Shown here: positions 1-9,769 of the stretch, piece by piece
How positions within the stretch are numbered: the stretch's first letter is position 1
Layout: every line of letters begins with the position of its first letter
NCBI GenBank assembly: GCA_027625095.1
Contig: JAQBXN010000005.1
Location: forward strand, 22,959-86,958
From: Planctomycetota bacterium
Lineage (GTDB): Bacteria > Planctomycetota > PUPC01 > JACPCR01
Direction: 5' to 3'
DNA: 64,000 bases
Notes under the pieces: generated by a model
The model's input: only the letters and a program-made list of their open reading frames with translations
Databases searched by the model: none
What the model was told of the DNA's origin: nothing
Made by a program: the position numbers and the translations under genes

Positions 1-78
1 GAAGACAGCATCAGTCAAATGATGGTTATGGATGCGGTATTCCAGTCCATCTCCACCGGCGCCTCCGTTAACCTCTAA
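1..78 (+). CDS. C-terminal fragment of an unidentified CDS cut by the window edge
   Basis: Frame 1 is open from base 1 to TAA at 76-78 (EDSISQMMVMDAVFQSISTGASVNL*). Only 25 codons are visible, so no family can be assigned. Confidence 0.2.
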   Translation, partial: EDSISQMMVMDAVFQSISTGASVNL

Positions 79-127
79 TAGAGTCACACCCGCCGTGAAT
101 AGGGGTGCTGTATCCGCTGCAATGCAA

Positions 128-2479
128 TCATTTCTCTGCTGGTTCGTTGTATTCGCACAACGCTACTGGACGCACAATACCGCCGAGAAAGTTCTCTGAA
201 ATGTTCCGGTGGTCGAGAAGCAAGGAAACTGAGTTCTTACCCGGTTTCACCGCATCAGTGATAAACGACCAGATCGGCTTGCGGCGCTGCAATGACCACT
301 TGCCCCCTTTGGAACGGTTACTCTCCCACTTCATATTCTTACCGTTGATAAAGAGAGGAGACAAGCTTGGCTCGCCGTCAACGTCGCAGAAGAGGATTAC
401 AAGTTTCCCGTGCTTTTCCGGGACTTCAAAAGTCGAGCGGTACCACATATACGTAAATTTTTCTTCGACCTTTTGTTCATTAAGAGTCGCACTGTAAGTG
501 GCAACCTCCTGCCATTTGGAATCATCGAAATCCGGTTTGTGAAACCCAAGACCTTCACCTTTCAAATCCGGATCGTAAGTCATCCTCCACTTGTCAGGCA
601 AGAGTTGCAGGAGGCGATTGGGCGCTGCGGTGAATCTGTTTGCTGCATTCGTGGTGTATTTAAGGAAGCGGGAAATGTAGGAGTTTGTCTTGTTGTGGAA
701 GGCCACCTGGTCGCCCGCTGAGCGCTGAGACATTTGCATCACGATCTCGTCAGCCTTGGCAAATTCACCCTTGTTGAGATGCTCGCGATGCTCCATGTAA
801 CCGTGCGCCATCATCATGCCCTTATTCGCGAATTGAACTCTTGCGTGCTGAAGCTCATTACCCTTTGTGAGCTCCAGAGATTCATCCAGAAGGCCCTGCA
901 GTTTCTTACGGAATTCAGGCGTGTAGACCAGATGCAATGCGAAGAAGCATCCGGATTCGCTTCGTAGATTCTGGAACGCCTGATCGATGCTATTCCAGTA
1001 ATCCTTCATGAGTGGAGCAGCCTTGGGGCCGTATAACATTGTGTAGTAATCCTCCATCACCACATCCGAATCCATGTCTGGATCGTAGAGAATCTTGGCG
1101 CTGTGATATATGGTCGGCCCCATGATCGACCATGCAGGAAAGGTCTCGATATTAACGCCGAGACATCCCTTTGATTGCAGGTACGGGATGTCGTGATTCC
1201 ACGTCGAAAACTTGGCAAAAGGCACCGTCGATTCCGCAAGATTGAAGTTATAGGTTCGGTAGGCCATGTGGCTTGCTATCTCCCCCCATCCCTCGATAAC
1301 TCTTTTCAGCTCCATACGCGAGGGGCTGATGGGATTGCCGATGTGGTGGTATCGGCTGTAACGGATAGGCGCGACCCACGCGACCAGATTTGACGGAAGC
1401 TTGCGTTTGTCCAGAGGCGGTTCGGTGTAATCTGCATAACAGTAAAAACCGAGCCTCACGTCTGGGTACTTGGCCTGGACGCGCTTCGCGATGTGTTCAT
1501 AAAACTCCAGGTATCGCCTGGTCACGGATACCGTGCCGGACGATGGAACAATCTGGCGGGGATCGTCCTGGGCAACGCAAGGTTCGCACCGACAATATTC
1601 GCGATCGTCTGGTGGGGAAATGGATAGGTTGCACTTGCCATCAAACTTCTCAGCCTGCACAAAGATCTTCTGTACAAAAATGTCACGGACTTCCTGATTG
1701 CTGGTACAGAGCCATTCGCCCTTTCTTCGCTGCCCATCACGCAGTGCGAAGTATTCCGGGTGCATGTCAAAGTACTCGCTCGCACGGAGGTATCCCGCCC
1801 AGGAATGGCCTGCACTCATAGGTGTCCCGCCACAGCCATTCCAAACCTTCCATAGGTTGCGCCAAAACCAGGATGAACCCCACAGGTCACGGTAGACCAT
1901 CTTGGGCTTCTCGGTAATTGTCACATCCTCCGCCGTCAGCGTTTTGTTCGTTGGATAAATCTCGCCAAGAGCCTTGTTTCCTTCGCGCATATAGGAAGTG
2001 TCGATGAGATACCTGCAGCCAAGCTCCTCTAGAAAGCGGCAGACAGCTTTGCAGTTTGAAACATCATCCTGCCCAGCGATCAGCGCGTTATTCCCCTTGA
2101 CGACGATACGTACACCCTCGTTGGTTTCACTCTTGATATCATCAAGTTTCAGTCCCGCCTTGATTGCCGCCTGCCCTACATAGATAGCCGGAGTTTCCGG
2201 TTCGGGAGACCTGGTGAATGTGAGCTCTGCACCGGTTATTTTCCAAAGCCAGTGAGCAAGAATACCGGCCGTCCAGGTATCCGGAATTTTGCCTCCTGGA
2301 GTACGATACTGGCTATTCTGCTTTTCAAATTCCGCTGCATTGAATTGAACCGGTTCTGCCAACCCGTCAACCACGATAACAGCAACGGGCTTACCGTTCC
2401 TGGTGATTTCCAGAGCGTCAGATACGGAGATTTGAGCAACGAACAATACGAGGCTGATGAAGACAGATCTAGAATTCAT
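128..2479 (-). CDS. Exported DUF4838-like glycoside-hydrolase-type protein with C-terminal galactose-binding-like (GH2 sugar-binding type) domain
   Basis: 783-aa ORF with signal peptide MNSRSVFISLVLFVAQISVSDA. The N-terminal and central parts resemble DUF4838 proteins (LEITRNGKPVAVIVV..., AVCRFLEELGCRYL). The C-terminal part is jelly-roll-like (KWQEVATYS...FTYMWYRSTFEVP...LLDHRNISENFLGGIVRPV). Last gene of the minus-strand cluster. Confidence 0.6.
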   Translation of the reverse strand: MNSRSVFISLVLFVAQISVSDALEITRNGKPVAVIVVDGLAEPVQFNAAEFEKQNSQYRTPGGKIPDTWTAGILAHWLWKITGAELTFTRSPEPETPAIYVGQAAIKAGLKLDDIKSETNEGVRIVVKGNNALIAGQDDVSNCKAVCRFLEELGCRYLIDTSYMREGNKALGEIYPTNKTLTAEDVTITEKPKMVYRDLWGSSWFWRNLWKVWNGCGGTPMSAGHSWAGYLRASEYFDMHPEYFALRDGQRRKGEWLCTSNQEVRDIFVQKIFVQAEKFDGKCNLSISPPDDREYCRCEPCVAQDDPRQIVPSSGTVSVTRRYLEFYEHIAKRVQAKYPDVRLGFYCYADYTEPPLDKRKLPSNLVAWVAPIRYSRYHHIGNPISPSRMELKRVIEGWGEIASHMAYRTYNFNLAESTVPFAKFSTWNHDIPYLQSKGCLGVNIETFPAWSIMGPTIYHSAKILYDPDMDSDVVMEDYYTMLYGPKAAPLMKDYWNSIDQAFQNLRSESGCFFALHLVYTPEFRKKLQGLLDESLELTKGNELQHARVQFANKGMMMAHGYMEHREHLNKGEFAKADEIVMQMSQRSAGDQVAFHNKTNSYISRFLKYTTNAANRFTAAPNRLLQLLPDKWRMTYDPDLKGEGLGFHKPDFDDSKWQEVATYSATLNEQKVEEKFTYMWYRSTFEVPEKHGKLVILFCDVDGEPSLSPLFINGKNMKWESNRSKGGKWSLQRRKPIWSFITDAVKPGKNSVSLLLDHRNISENFLGGIVRPVALCEYNEPAEK

Positions 2480-2539
2480 GAGTCCAGTTAGAGTAGGGTT
2501 ATGGCGGCGTACGGAGCAACTTTACTTCTCTATTCTAGA

Positions 2540-4084
2540 TCAACGTTCAATCACCCAGATATTTTGGTAAACAACCGGGTTGCCGTGACCCTGGAGGTAA
2601 AGCGGGCCGGCGTCTGCACCTTCGGCTGCTCCGGACCTGGTGCCGCCGTGGATTTCAACTTTGTCGTGAACAAGCACCCCGTTGTGGTGAACGGTTAATA
2701 TGGCATTGCTGACCTTTTTGCCATTGTCGTCCCATCGCGGAGCTTTGAATTCGATGTCATAGGTTTGCCATCTAAGGGGCGGAAAGCACATGTTTACTTT
2801 CGGTTCGGCGACTGAATAGATGCCCCCGCATTCATTGTCCTTTCCCTCTAGACCAAAAGAGTCGAGAACCTGCACCTCAAATCGCTGCTGCAGGTAAACA
2901 CCGCTGTTGCCCCGTCCCTGGCCCCTGGCGAAAGGCTTGTAAGGGGTGCGGAATTCAATGTGAACAAATTGATCCTGAAATAATTTCTTGCTCTTCGTGC
3001 TACACCAGAGCAGCTTGTCATCAGTCATACGGCCGTTTTCAAAATTGTCAGCGCTCGAGCCATCAAACAGCACGATAGCGCCCACAGGGGGCTTCTTCCC
3101 AAGCGTTGGACTCTCACGTTCAATTCGTTTCAGCGTTCCAGATTCTTTGCCATCCTGCCCAAAGACAGTCATCACCTCTTTGACAATTCTGGCCGACCAG
3201 ACCTCGCCCTTTACTTCAGTAACGCCGCCCTCTCCCATCGCTCCAGTAATTCGAATCTTGCCTTCCTCCTTAATCCATCCGTCACCCGGAAGACCTCCGG
3301 GATAGAGCACCGCTTGAAATTTGCTGCCCCCATCCGACACCACCTGGATTCCAGTTTTGCGAGGCTTCTCGTCGAGAACCACTTCCCCGGAATACTCCCC
3401 CTGAATCAGGAAGTCTGGATCGTCTCTGATGGCTTCCTCCAAGTTTGTGTAGGTCTTGCCGCCACCATCGTGCTTCGAAGCAGGAATCTGATAGCTGGCC
3501 CATGCATTTTGATCCCACGCTATCTTCGCCGCCGATTCGAGGTGCGACAGCACGTGAGGGGGAAAAGGTTCCTCTTTTCCGCCGGGGGTTTTCATTCCAG
3601 CAATACAGCCGGCTCCGCCGCCAACCTCAAGAAACTCGACCAGCAGTTCGTGTTCACCCGCTTCCAGCTCGACCATACCAGATTTCCGCAACATGCCATG
3701 CACGCCCCCATTATTTACAACGACTTTTCCATCAATCCAAAGTCGCGACCCGTCATCAGATTCGGTAAAAAAGCTGTAACTGCCTCCGTCACGCAACGTG
3801 AGCTTGCCCGACCACCTGACGTAAAAACTGTCTACCAGTTTGGTCTTGTAAAATTCGCCCCCAACCGAAACGAAATTAACCGTTCCATCCAAGCGAACCA
3901 GGAACGGTTTTACGTCCTTCTCAATCTTCGGAAAGTCCTTCGGCGTCTGCCCAAGCTTAAAGTACTCGCCAATCAACCCAGGCTGTAAAACTTCATCGAG
4001 GAGTTCGCTCAGTTCTTCCGCGTACAGGCAAGAGTTCAGAACCAAAGTAACAAGACCACCGGCAACAAAACTATTTCGCATCAT
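2540..4084 (-). CDS. Exported PA14 domain + DUF1080 (3-keto-disaccharide hydrolase family) fusion protein
   Basis: 514-aa ORF with signal peptide. PA14-like segment: GLIGEYFKL...YVRWSGKLTL...FFTESDDGSRLWIDGKVVVNN. C-terminal DUF1080-like segment: HIEFRTPY...GNSGVYLQQRFEVQVLDSFG...ECGGIYS...WQTYDIEFKAPRWD...LTVHHNGVLVHDKVEI...LYLQGHGNPVVYQNIWV. Confidence 0.8.
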   Translation of the reverse strand: MMRNSFVAGGLVTLVLNSCLYAEELSELLDEVLQPGLIGEYFKLGQTPKDFPKIEKDVKPFLVRLDGTVNFVSVGGEFYKTKLVDSFYVRWSGKLTLRDGGSYSFFTESDDGSRLWIDGKVVVNNGGVHGMLRKSGMVELEAGEHELLVEFLEVGGGAGCIAGMKTPGGKEEPFPPHVLSHLESAAKIAWDQNAWASYQIPASKHDGGGKTYTNLEEAIRDDPDFLIQGEYSGEVVLDEKPRKTGIQVVSDGGSKFQAVLYPGGLPGDGWIKEEGKIRITGAMGEGGVTEVKGEVWSARIVKEVMTVFGQDGKESGTLKRIERESPTLGKKPPVGAIVLFDGSSADNFENGRMTDDKLLWCSTKSKKLFQDQFVHIEFRTPYKPFARGQGRGNSGVYLQQRFEVQVLDSFGLEGKDNECGGIYSVAEPKVNMCFPPLRWQTYDIEFKAPRWDDNGKKVSNAILTVHHNGVLVHDKVEIHGGTRSGAAEGADAGPLYLQGHGNPVVYQNIWVIER

Positions 4085-4094
4085 GTAGTTCCAA

Positions 4095-4874
4095 TCAGAG
4101 GTTCAAATCAGTAGTCGAAGAGTGTTCGCGGAGAGCATTGACAAGCGGATTTGCATCTGTCCTGCAGAAGCCGAGATGACTGTGCCGCCGCCATCCTTCA
4201 GCAAATTCATACTTTCCACTCAGATTTCCAATCGCTCTGCAGAGTTCCTTCATCGTGTGAACGTATGAATCGAGGCCCTGGCTGACGTCCAACCAATCCT
4301 TTTGTGATCTATGAAACGCAAGCATCTCAGCTTTTTGTTCGATAACACTCGTAACGTCAACAAAGATCTTCGGAAGGACTGGTTCCCATAATCCATCCCG
4401 ATTCCCGTGCGGCTGTGCATGGTAAACGGTGACGTCACCGGCAACGATATCGCGCGGGGGCTCGGCAGGGAAGTTCGGCATTCCACGGCAGAACGCCGCG
4501 CTCACGCCCAACCGACAGGCATTCATATGGTCTTCCATGTAGTCCTGCGGTGAGTGTAGCAACAGGATCTCCGGATCCACCTCTCGCATTATTGAGGCAA
4601 GCCGTGCCAGGAGCTTCTTTTCATAGAAGACCTCAATGTCGTTCGTGAGGCTTTCATGGAAATGCGCCCCGATGAATTCAGCCGCATTCTTTGCCTCCTC
4701 ACGCCGCATGGGAACGAGAGTGGCAGCGTCGTACTCGATGGAACCGCACGAGCCATTGGCAATGTTCATGTAATGCAATTCGTAACCGGCATCTTTGAGA
4801 AGCATCAAAGTGCCGGACATCACGAACTCGATGTCGTCCGGATGCGCCGCGATGGCAAAAGCGGTCTTCGCCAT
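4095..4874 (-). CDS. PIG-L (LmbE-like) family N-acetyl-sugar deacetylase
   Basis: 259 aa. The N-terminal AIAAHPDDIEFVMSGT motif and downstream His/Asp-rich positions are typical of PIG-L deacetylases. No signal peptide. Lies 2 nt downstream of the NagB-like gene. Confidence 0.8.
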   Translation of the reverse strand: MAKTAFAIAAHPDDIEFVMSGTLMLLKDAGYELHYMNIANGSCGSIEYDAATLVPMRREEAKNAAEFIGAHFHESLTNDIEVFYEKKLLARLASIMREVDPEILLLHSPQDYMEDHMNACRLGVSAAFCRGMPNFPAEPPRDIVAGDVTVYHAQPHGNRDGLWEPVLPKIFVDVTSVIEQKAEMLAFHRSQKDWLDVSQGLDSYVHTMKELCRAIGNLSGKYEFAEGWRRHSHLGFCRTDANPLVNALREHSSTTDLNL

Positions 4875-4876
4875 GA

Positions 4877-5803
4877 TTAATGCATCTCTGCATCACAGGA
4901 ACCGATGCCGCTACGCAGGAAGTGAAAGTGCACGTTTGGATGATCTGCCAGCAACGACATTGGAACGCTCGAATCCGGGATCTTCTTTGAGATCATGAAC
5001 GAGGTCAGACGCATACCGAATGGATTGTCATGGGTTCCCGCCTGCCAGATAGACACCTTCTCCGATTTCCATGTTTCGTCCGGCCCGACACTTACAGCCT
5101 GGGTTGGCACATTCTGAACAACGCCTCCTCCTGAAGTGCGAGCGTTCTGGATCAGCGTCATCGGGTGCAGATCGACCACGCGCGTGGTGAGCTTTCTGTA
5201 TTCTTCGGGCGGAGGCGGTTCGTCTTCATAGGGTGCTTCGCGCTTGGGCGGATCGTTAAAGGCCCAATGCTTTACCTCGCCCTGCCCGCCCTGCATGGTA
5301 ACACAACGGACCTCGTTGAATGCCTTTATGTAGTCTGTGGAATCGACACCCGGGAAATGCAGATTCTCTTCGGGCATTTTCAGGTCGTCACGAATTCGAT
5401 CGAAACACAAATCCATATCGGCCTTCTTGAAACTCAGCGGATGATCGTCAGGCACTTCCTTGCCATTTTCGACCCATTCATCCATCCCCCAAAAGTGTGC
5501 GTTCTTGAGATTCAGGTCCAGGGCATTCACAAGTCGTGCAACGAGCGGAAGTTGCTCGGTAGGCCCGATCGGCCCGCAGATTCCAGCAGGCTCATCATCC
5601 GTGGCTTGCTGCCAGGCATAGATATAGTCAAGCGCTTCGGCTAGATAGAAATCTTCTACGGTTTCGTAAAACGACACCTGAAATCCTTCCCTGGAGAGAC
5701 CGAGCAGATCCGCCGCAGTTAGCCGTGCTGCGTCATCTAGAATTTCACGGTCAAGGGTGGTGTAGTCCCACCATTCGGGCGCAACGATACTTCTTGCTCT
5801 CAT
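4877..5803 (-). CDS. Glucosamine-6-phosphate deaminase/isomerase (NagB/6-phosphogluconolactonase superfamily)-like protein
   Basis: 308 aa. The segment [19 protein letters not shown]...[11 protein letters not shown]...[18 protein letters not shown]...ENLHFPG matches the NagB-type pattern (G-x-TP..., DEY/W, hP.S). No signal peptide. Confidence 0.65.
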   Translation of the reverse strand: MRARSIVAPEWWDYTTLDREILDDAARLTAADLLGLSREGFQVSFYETVEDFYLAEALDYIYAWQQATDDEPAGICGPIGPTEQLPLVARLVNALDLNLKNAHFWGMDEWVENGKEVPDDHPLSFKKADMDLCFDRIRDDLKMPEENLHFPGVDSTDYIKAFNEVRCVTMQGGQGEVKHWAFNDPPKREAPYEDEPPPPEEYRKLTTRVVDLHPMTLIQNARTSGGGVVQNVPTQAVSVGPDETWKSEKVSIWQAGTHDNPFGMRLTSFMISKKIPDSSVPMSLLADHPNVHFHFLRSGIGSCDAEMH

Positions 5804-5908
5804 TTGTGTGTCTCCATGTTCAAGTCAGAGATGATTTGCTGAGTGTTGAATGTCCGCCGCAATATATCGGCGAATCCCACGGCCATCAAGAGCGCATGAA
5901 GGCGAGCC

Positions 5909-8900
5909 TTACCGCTGTTGAACCTTGAGGGCCAACACATCGTGTTTGGGAAGTTTCACAGCGAATCGTTTCAGAAAATCTGTCGATACTGACTTCTGCT
6001 TGCCAATAACCGAGGTCCGAAACTCTTCTGGCTTCTGCATAGAAACACCGATCATCTCGTAATTGCCTTCCGGCATGTGCACACCGACCTCAACGGATGC
6101 CTCGGCGCCCCAATTGAGAAGAGCGATGAATTTCGTTCGGGAATCTATTTCGAGGAGATGGGCCTCGACGTTGCTTCCGTGGGAAAGAAACAACATCGGC
6201 TTCCGGTCGCCAAGAAGTTTGTCTATGTTTGCTCGAAGGCGACTAATAAACTTCGGATCCGTTTCCGCATCCACCCAGTTCTCCTCAAGGCAAACTACAT
6301 CGCCGTTTGCCTGGCCGGTCTTAATCAAGTTTTGCAGAGCGGGCCCTTCATGAACAACACCAAGTTCGTCTACCTCGCCTTGCTTTTGTCCAATGAGAAA
6401 CTTCTTGCCTGACGACCGCGCTTGGGCAAGCAATCCTGCTACTTCTTTACTGACTGAATAAGGAAATGGCAGAATGAGTAAATCGTATTTAGCAGCCTCT
6501 CGAACCTGTTCGACGTGGTCGAGATAGTAGAGGTCGAATGAATAGCCGTTCCTGAGCAGAAACTCGTTGATGAACCGGCTCGACCAGAATCCCTGCTTCG
6601 CTTTTGGATTCCATCCAAGCCAGTAGGTGCCATTCAAGTTGTCCCACCAGTCTTCGGATGCGCGAGAGGTAAGGAGCGCGATACTGCGCGGCGGGCGAGC
6701 CCGGCGGATGCCCCAGCGTTCCAATGATTGAATAAATTTCAATCCGCTCTTGATGGAATCTGTTTTTTCCCAAAGCTCGATGTAGTTGTAGCGGTAGTGA
6801 TTGATTATCGACGCCCCTTGAAAGATGCCACTGATGACCCCAAGCGTACCATCGATGCCCACGCCATCCATCACGGTCGCCTGCCTGTTCTTGGACGCCG
6901 CAACAAAACGCCTGGTCTCCTGTGGCTGATAATCAGTGCCCATGTAATCCACGCTGGAGACATGACCAATCAGATCATAAGCAAGTCCGTAGGTCATGCG
7001 GTTGTTCCCTGAAACCGCTCCAGATCCGATGTTCAAAAGAGTTATGCATTTCGGATTAATTTTCTTAACGATCGCCTGCCGGCGTTTAAGCGCTTCCCCT
7101 GCTCTCTCATAATTCGAAAGAACATGCCGCCTGTAGTTCACCGATTGTTCCCAACCGTTGGGCAAATCGGCGTCCGGCCCCCACCGCTTTCGAAACTCAG
7201 CCCGGCTTGGATGATCTTCAGGAAGTTTCGCTCCACGGGGATTGGCAAGACCGAAAGTGTCTTCGTCCGGCATCAAGTAGACCCCATCCACACCGCGGGT
7301 CGCGACCTCTTCGCAGAGCAATTCGTAAGCGTCCTGGCCTTTCGGGCCAATATAGGTCTCGTAGATATCAGGACGAAACAGCACGAATACCTTCAATCCC
7401 TGCTCATGCGCGCCTTCCGTAAATTCACGCAGAAGATCCCGACCGATAGGAACCTTGATTTCAGGCCTGGGTTTCTCTGGCTGTTCCACATCTTCTTGCA
7501 CTTCATCATCGAACTCGTCCAGCTTCTCATTCTCATCTGTAAGCTTTTCGCCGACCTGAGGAAGCCCGGCCTCTTCAATCTTTTTGTAATAATCAGGATT
7601 GGTGATCGACTTGAAATTCTTACTGGGCCAGAAAGCTTTTGGGTCGGCCTCAATGAACAGCGTCATCGTATCCGCGCCCAGCTCCTTTACGCCCTCCAGC
7701 AACTTCTTAAAAGGGGCATGCGCCCGAATGTCCACTTTCGGCAACTGGTTCTCGTGAATGCCTGCCATCCAGAGATCCACCATGACGCTTTTGAGGATCT
7801 GTGTCGCTGCTGTTGGCTCTGGTAACTGAAGCTTCACCACCTCACCGAATTCAATCCACGGAGTTGACTCTGGAATTTTGGACTCGGGTCTCTGGTCCTT
7901 GGCGAGACGTTGGTAGGTCTCTTCATCTGAATAGATCTCTATCTCACGAATATCCGGATAACTCTTTTCCCATCCCCGCTGGCCCTGGAACGCACGAAGC
8001 TTCAGGCGATACAGTGGCGTCGTTTCAAAGGAAAGCTCTTGCCAGGCATTCGGTGCTCCATCGGCCGCATACACCAGAGCCTTGTCATACTTGCCGTCAT
8101 TCGTGGTATCAGCGTAAAGAAAATATTGAATGGCGAACAGGCCTCCCTGGAGGAAACGAACTCGCGACACCGAAACGGGCTGAGTGAATGTAAAGTCATA
8201 ATTTCCTCCGAGACCGACACCTGTTCGGAAGGATGCGACTGTTGCTTCGTCACCATCGACCAGGTTTCGAATACACATCCCGGTGGATGGGTGGGAGTGA
8301 ATACGGGAAGCAAACCTGGCGATATTCACCCCACTCCCCCGCGCCCCCGAATCTGGCTCAAGCACTTTTATTAAGAGTGCCGAGATTTTCGCCTTTTCCA
8401 GACGTGGCTCGTCTTCTCCCGGACCGACCTCATTTTCCAGTTCTGCGTCCGGGTCGTCCGATTGTTCTGTGAAGGGTTTGCCATCCAGTAGAAGGGCGCC
8501 CCCTTTGATTTGCAGACGGCTGGCTGGGGTCTGGACCGAAAGGCTGCCAGCGAAAGGACTCTGTGCCGCCACAAGTCCGAGGGCCGGATCGGTTCGTTTC
8601 TTCACAGGTGGATAGAAATAACGCCCCTCAATTTGAAATACCTTGTCCTTGTCGTGCAAATAGAGCCTGAACGGTACATCCGGTTTGCCGATGATTGTTC
8701 CGTGGTTGCTGACCAAGTCACGACAGGAACGGGATGGCTGGTATGTTTTCACAATGAGTTTTTCCTTCGGGTCAAAACGCCATTCCGGCGTCCTGAGGCC
8801 GAAGACAAGTTTTTGACCCTCTGATAGGTCCAGAAAGTTTCTTGCCTGAACCTTCAGGCCCGTGCAGTACAGGTCTCCGTTGGCTTTGACCTTCCCACCA

Positions 8901-9727
8901 GGCTTGTCAAGCATCAGCGGGGGAAGAATTCCCTGGGCTGCAATTTGTTGATCGCCCTTTCCCACCATACGTACCCATCCGGTGGACGCCTGGAGTTGCC
9001 GATGAGAGCCATCGCTCTCTATCGAGCCGTGCAGTTGGATGTCACCGATTAATGTGACGGCCGACAATGAAGGTTTACCGCGGAACAACAGGTCTCCCCG
9101 GATGCGCAATACCTGCTCAGCCTTTATCAGGAGGTGACCGCCACTTAGCATGACAGAGCCTTCTACCTCCGTGCTTTCCTCTATCGTCACACTATATGGA
9201 TAAACGGAAGGATGCAGCGTCAATGAACCAAAGATCACTCCTCCGGTTTTCAGTGATATCGATGGGTGTTTGCTATCAATGCTGAGAGCCGGTTTACCCC
9301 GGACCGTTCCCTGATTAGAAATTTGGCCCCGGCCAATAATTACTTCCGAAGTTGCAATTGAAGCATCGAGAAAAGCGTCTTTCTCGATATATAGGCCGGC
9401 CTCTGGCTGGTTGGCGCCGACCTGGTCGTAGTCGATCCTTGAGGACGTCGCTATTCTGACTTTGTGTCCGCTCAGATTCAGCCAGGCTTTTGAGCGAATC
9501 AAGAGCTTTCGATCCACTTCCCCATCGCTGCTCAGCGTCGGATAGTTTTCCAGACCAGCAGGAATGACCACATCGCTACCATCCGATAGCCTGGGCACAG
9601 AACCACTCGACCAGTTCGAAGGCTCGTGCCAGTCAGAGGGCCGTTCTGGATGCGTGCCTTTCCAGTTGTTCGACTCGGCCTGAATCGCGGCGCACAGAAT
9701 GATGAGGTGTTGAATGAATCGTCGCAC
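5909..9727 (-). CDS. Large exported protein: N-terminal beta-helix-like region + discoidin/F5-8-type-C-like domain + GH-like TIM barrel with GH42-middle-domain-like C-terminus (paralog of 10507..13161)
   Basis: 1272 aa with signal peptide MRRFIQHLIILCAAIQAES. Discoidin-like block: NLVDGDEATVASFR...VSVSRVRFLQGG...YPDIREIEIYSD. Motifs shared with the 884-aa paralog: DLWMAG, RGVDGVYLMPDE, SRASEDWW, YDLLILPFPYS. Confidence 0.6.
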   Translation of the reverse strand: MRRFIQHLIILCAAIQAESNNWKGTHPERPSDWHEPSNWSSGSVPRLSDGSDVVIPAGLENYPTLSSDGEVDRKLLIRSKAWLNLSGHKVRIATSSRIDYDQVGANQPEAGLYIEKDAFLDASIATSEVIIGRGQISNQGTVRGKPALSIDSKHPSISLKTGGVIFGSLTLHPSVYPYSVTIEESTEVEGSVMLSGGHLLIKAEQVLRIRGDLLFRGKPSLSAVTLIGDIQLHGSIESDGSHRQLQASTGWVRMVGKGDQQIAAQGILPPLMLDKPGGKVKANGDLYCTGLKVQARNFLDLSEGQKLVFGLRTPEWRFDPKEKLIVKTYQPSRSCRDLVSNHGTIIGKPDVPFRLYLHDKDKVFQIEGRYFYPPVKKRTDPALGLVAAQSPFAGSLSVQTPASRLQIKGGALLLDGKPFTEQSDDPDAELENEVGPGEDEPRLEKAKISALLIKVLEPDSGARGSGVNIARFASRIHSHPSTGMCIRNLVDGDEATVASFRTGVGLGGNYDFTFTQPVSVSRVRFLQGGLFAIQYFLYADTTNDGKYDKALVYAADGAPNAWQELSFETTPLYRLKLRAFQGQRGWEKSYPDIREIEIYSDEETYQRLAKDQRPESKIPESTPWIEFGEVVKLQLPEPTAATQILKSVMVDLWMAGIHENQLPKVDIRAHAPFKKLLEGVKELGADTMTLFIEADPKAFWPSKNFKSITNPDYYKKIEEAGLPQVGEKLTDENEKLDEFDDEVQEDVEQPEKPRPEIKVPIGRDLLREFTEGAHEQGLKVFVLFRPDIYETYIGPKGQDAYELLCEEVATRGVDGVYLMPDEDTFGLANPRGAKLPEDHPSRAEFRKRWGPDADLPNGWEQSVNYRRHVLSNYERAGEALKRRQAIVKKINPKCITLLNIGSGAVSGNNRMTYGLAYDLIGHVSSVDYMGTDYQPQETRRFVAASKNRQATVMDGVGIDGTLGVISGIFQGASIINHYRYNYIELWEKTDSIKSGLKFIQSLERWGIRRARPPRSIALLTSRASEDWWDNLNGTYWLGWNPKAKQGFWSSRFINEFLLRNGYSFDLYYLDHVEQVREAAKYDLLILPFPYSVSKEVAGLLAQARSSGKKFLIGQKQGEVDELGVVHEGPALQNLIKTGQANGDVVCLEENWVDAETDPKFISRLRANIDKLLGDRKPMLFLSHGSNVEAHLLEIDSRTKFIALLNWGAEASVEVGVHMPEGNYEMIGVSMQKPEEFRTSVIGKQKSVSTDFLKRFAVKLPKHDVLALKVQQR

Positions 9728-9769
9728 GATGACTGCCGAAAAGTTTTGGATCCAGAGATCGGCGAAACT

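Noticed and set aside
3314-3988. 224-aa plus-strand ORF inside the PA14-DUF1080 gene (similar cases at 7124..7825, 12523..13059, 13551..14060, 16019..16504, 40040..40597)
   Set aside because: All are antisense or alternative-frame ORFs inside long genes with strong domain evidence. None has motifs of its own.
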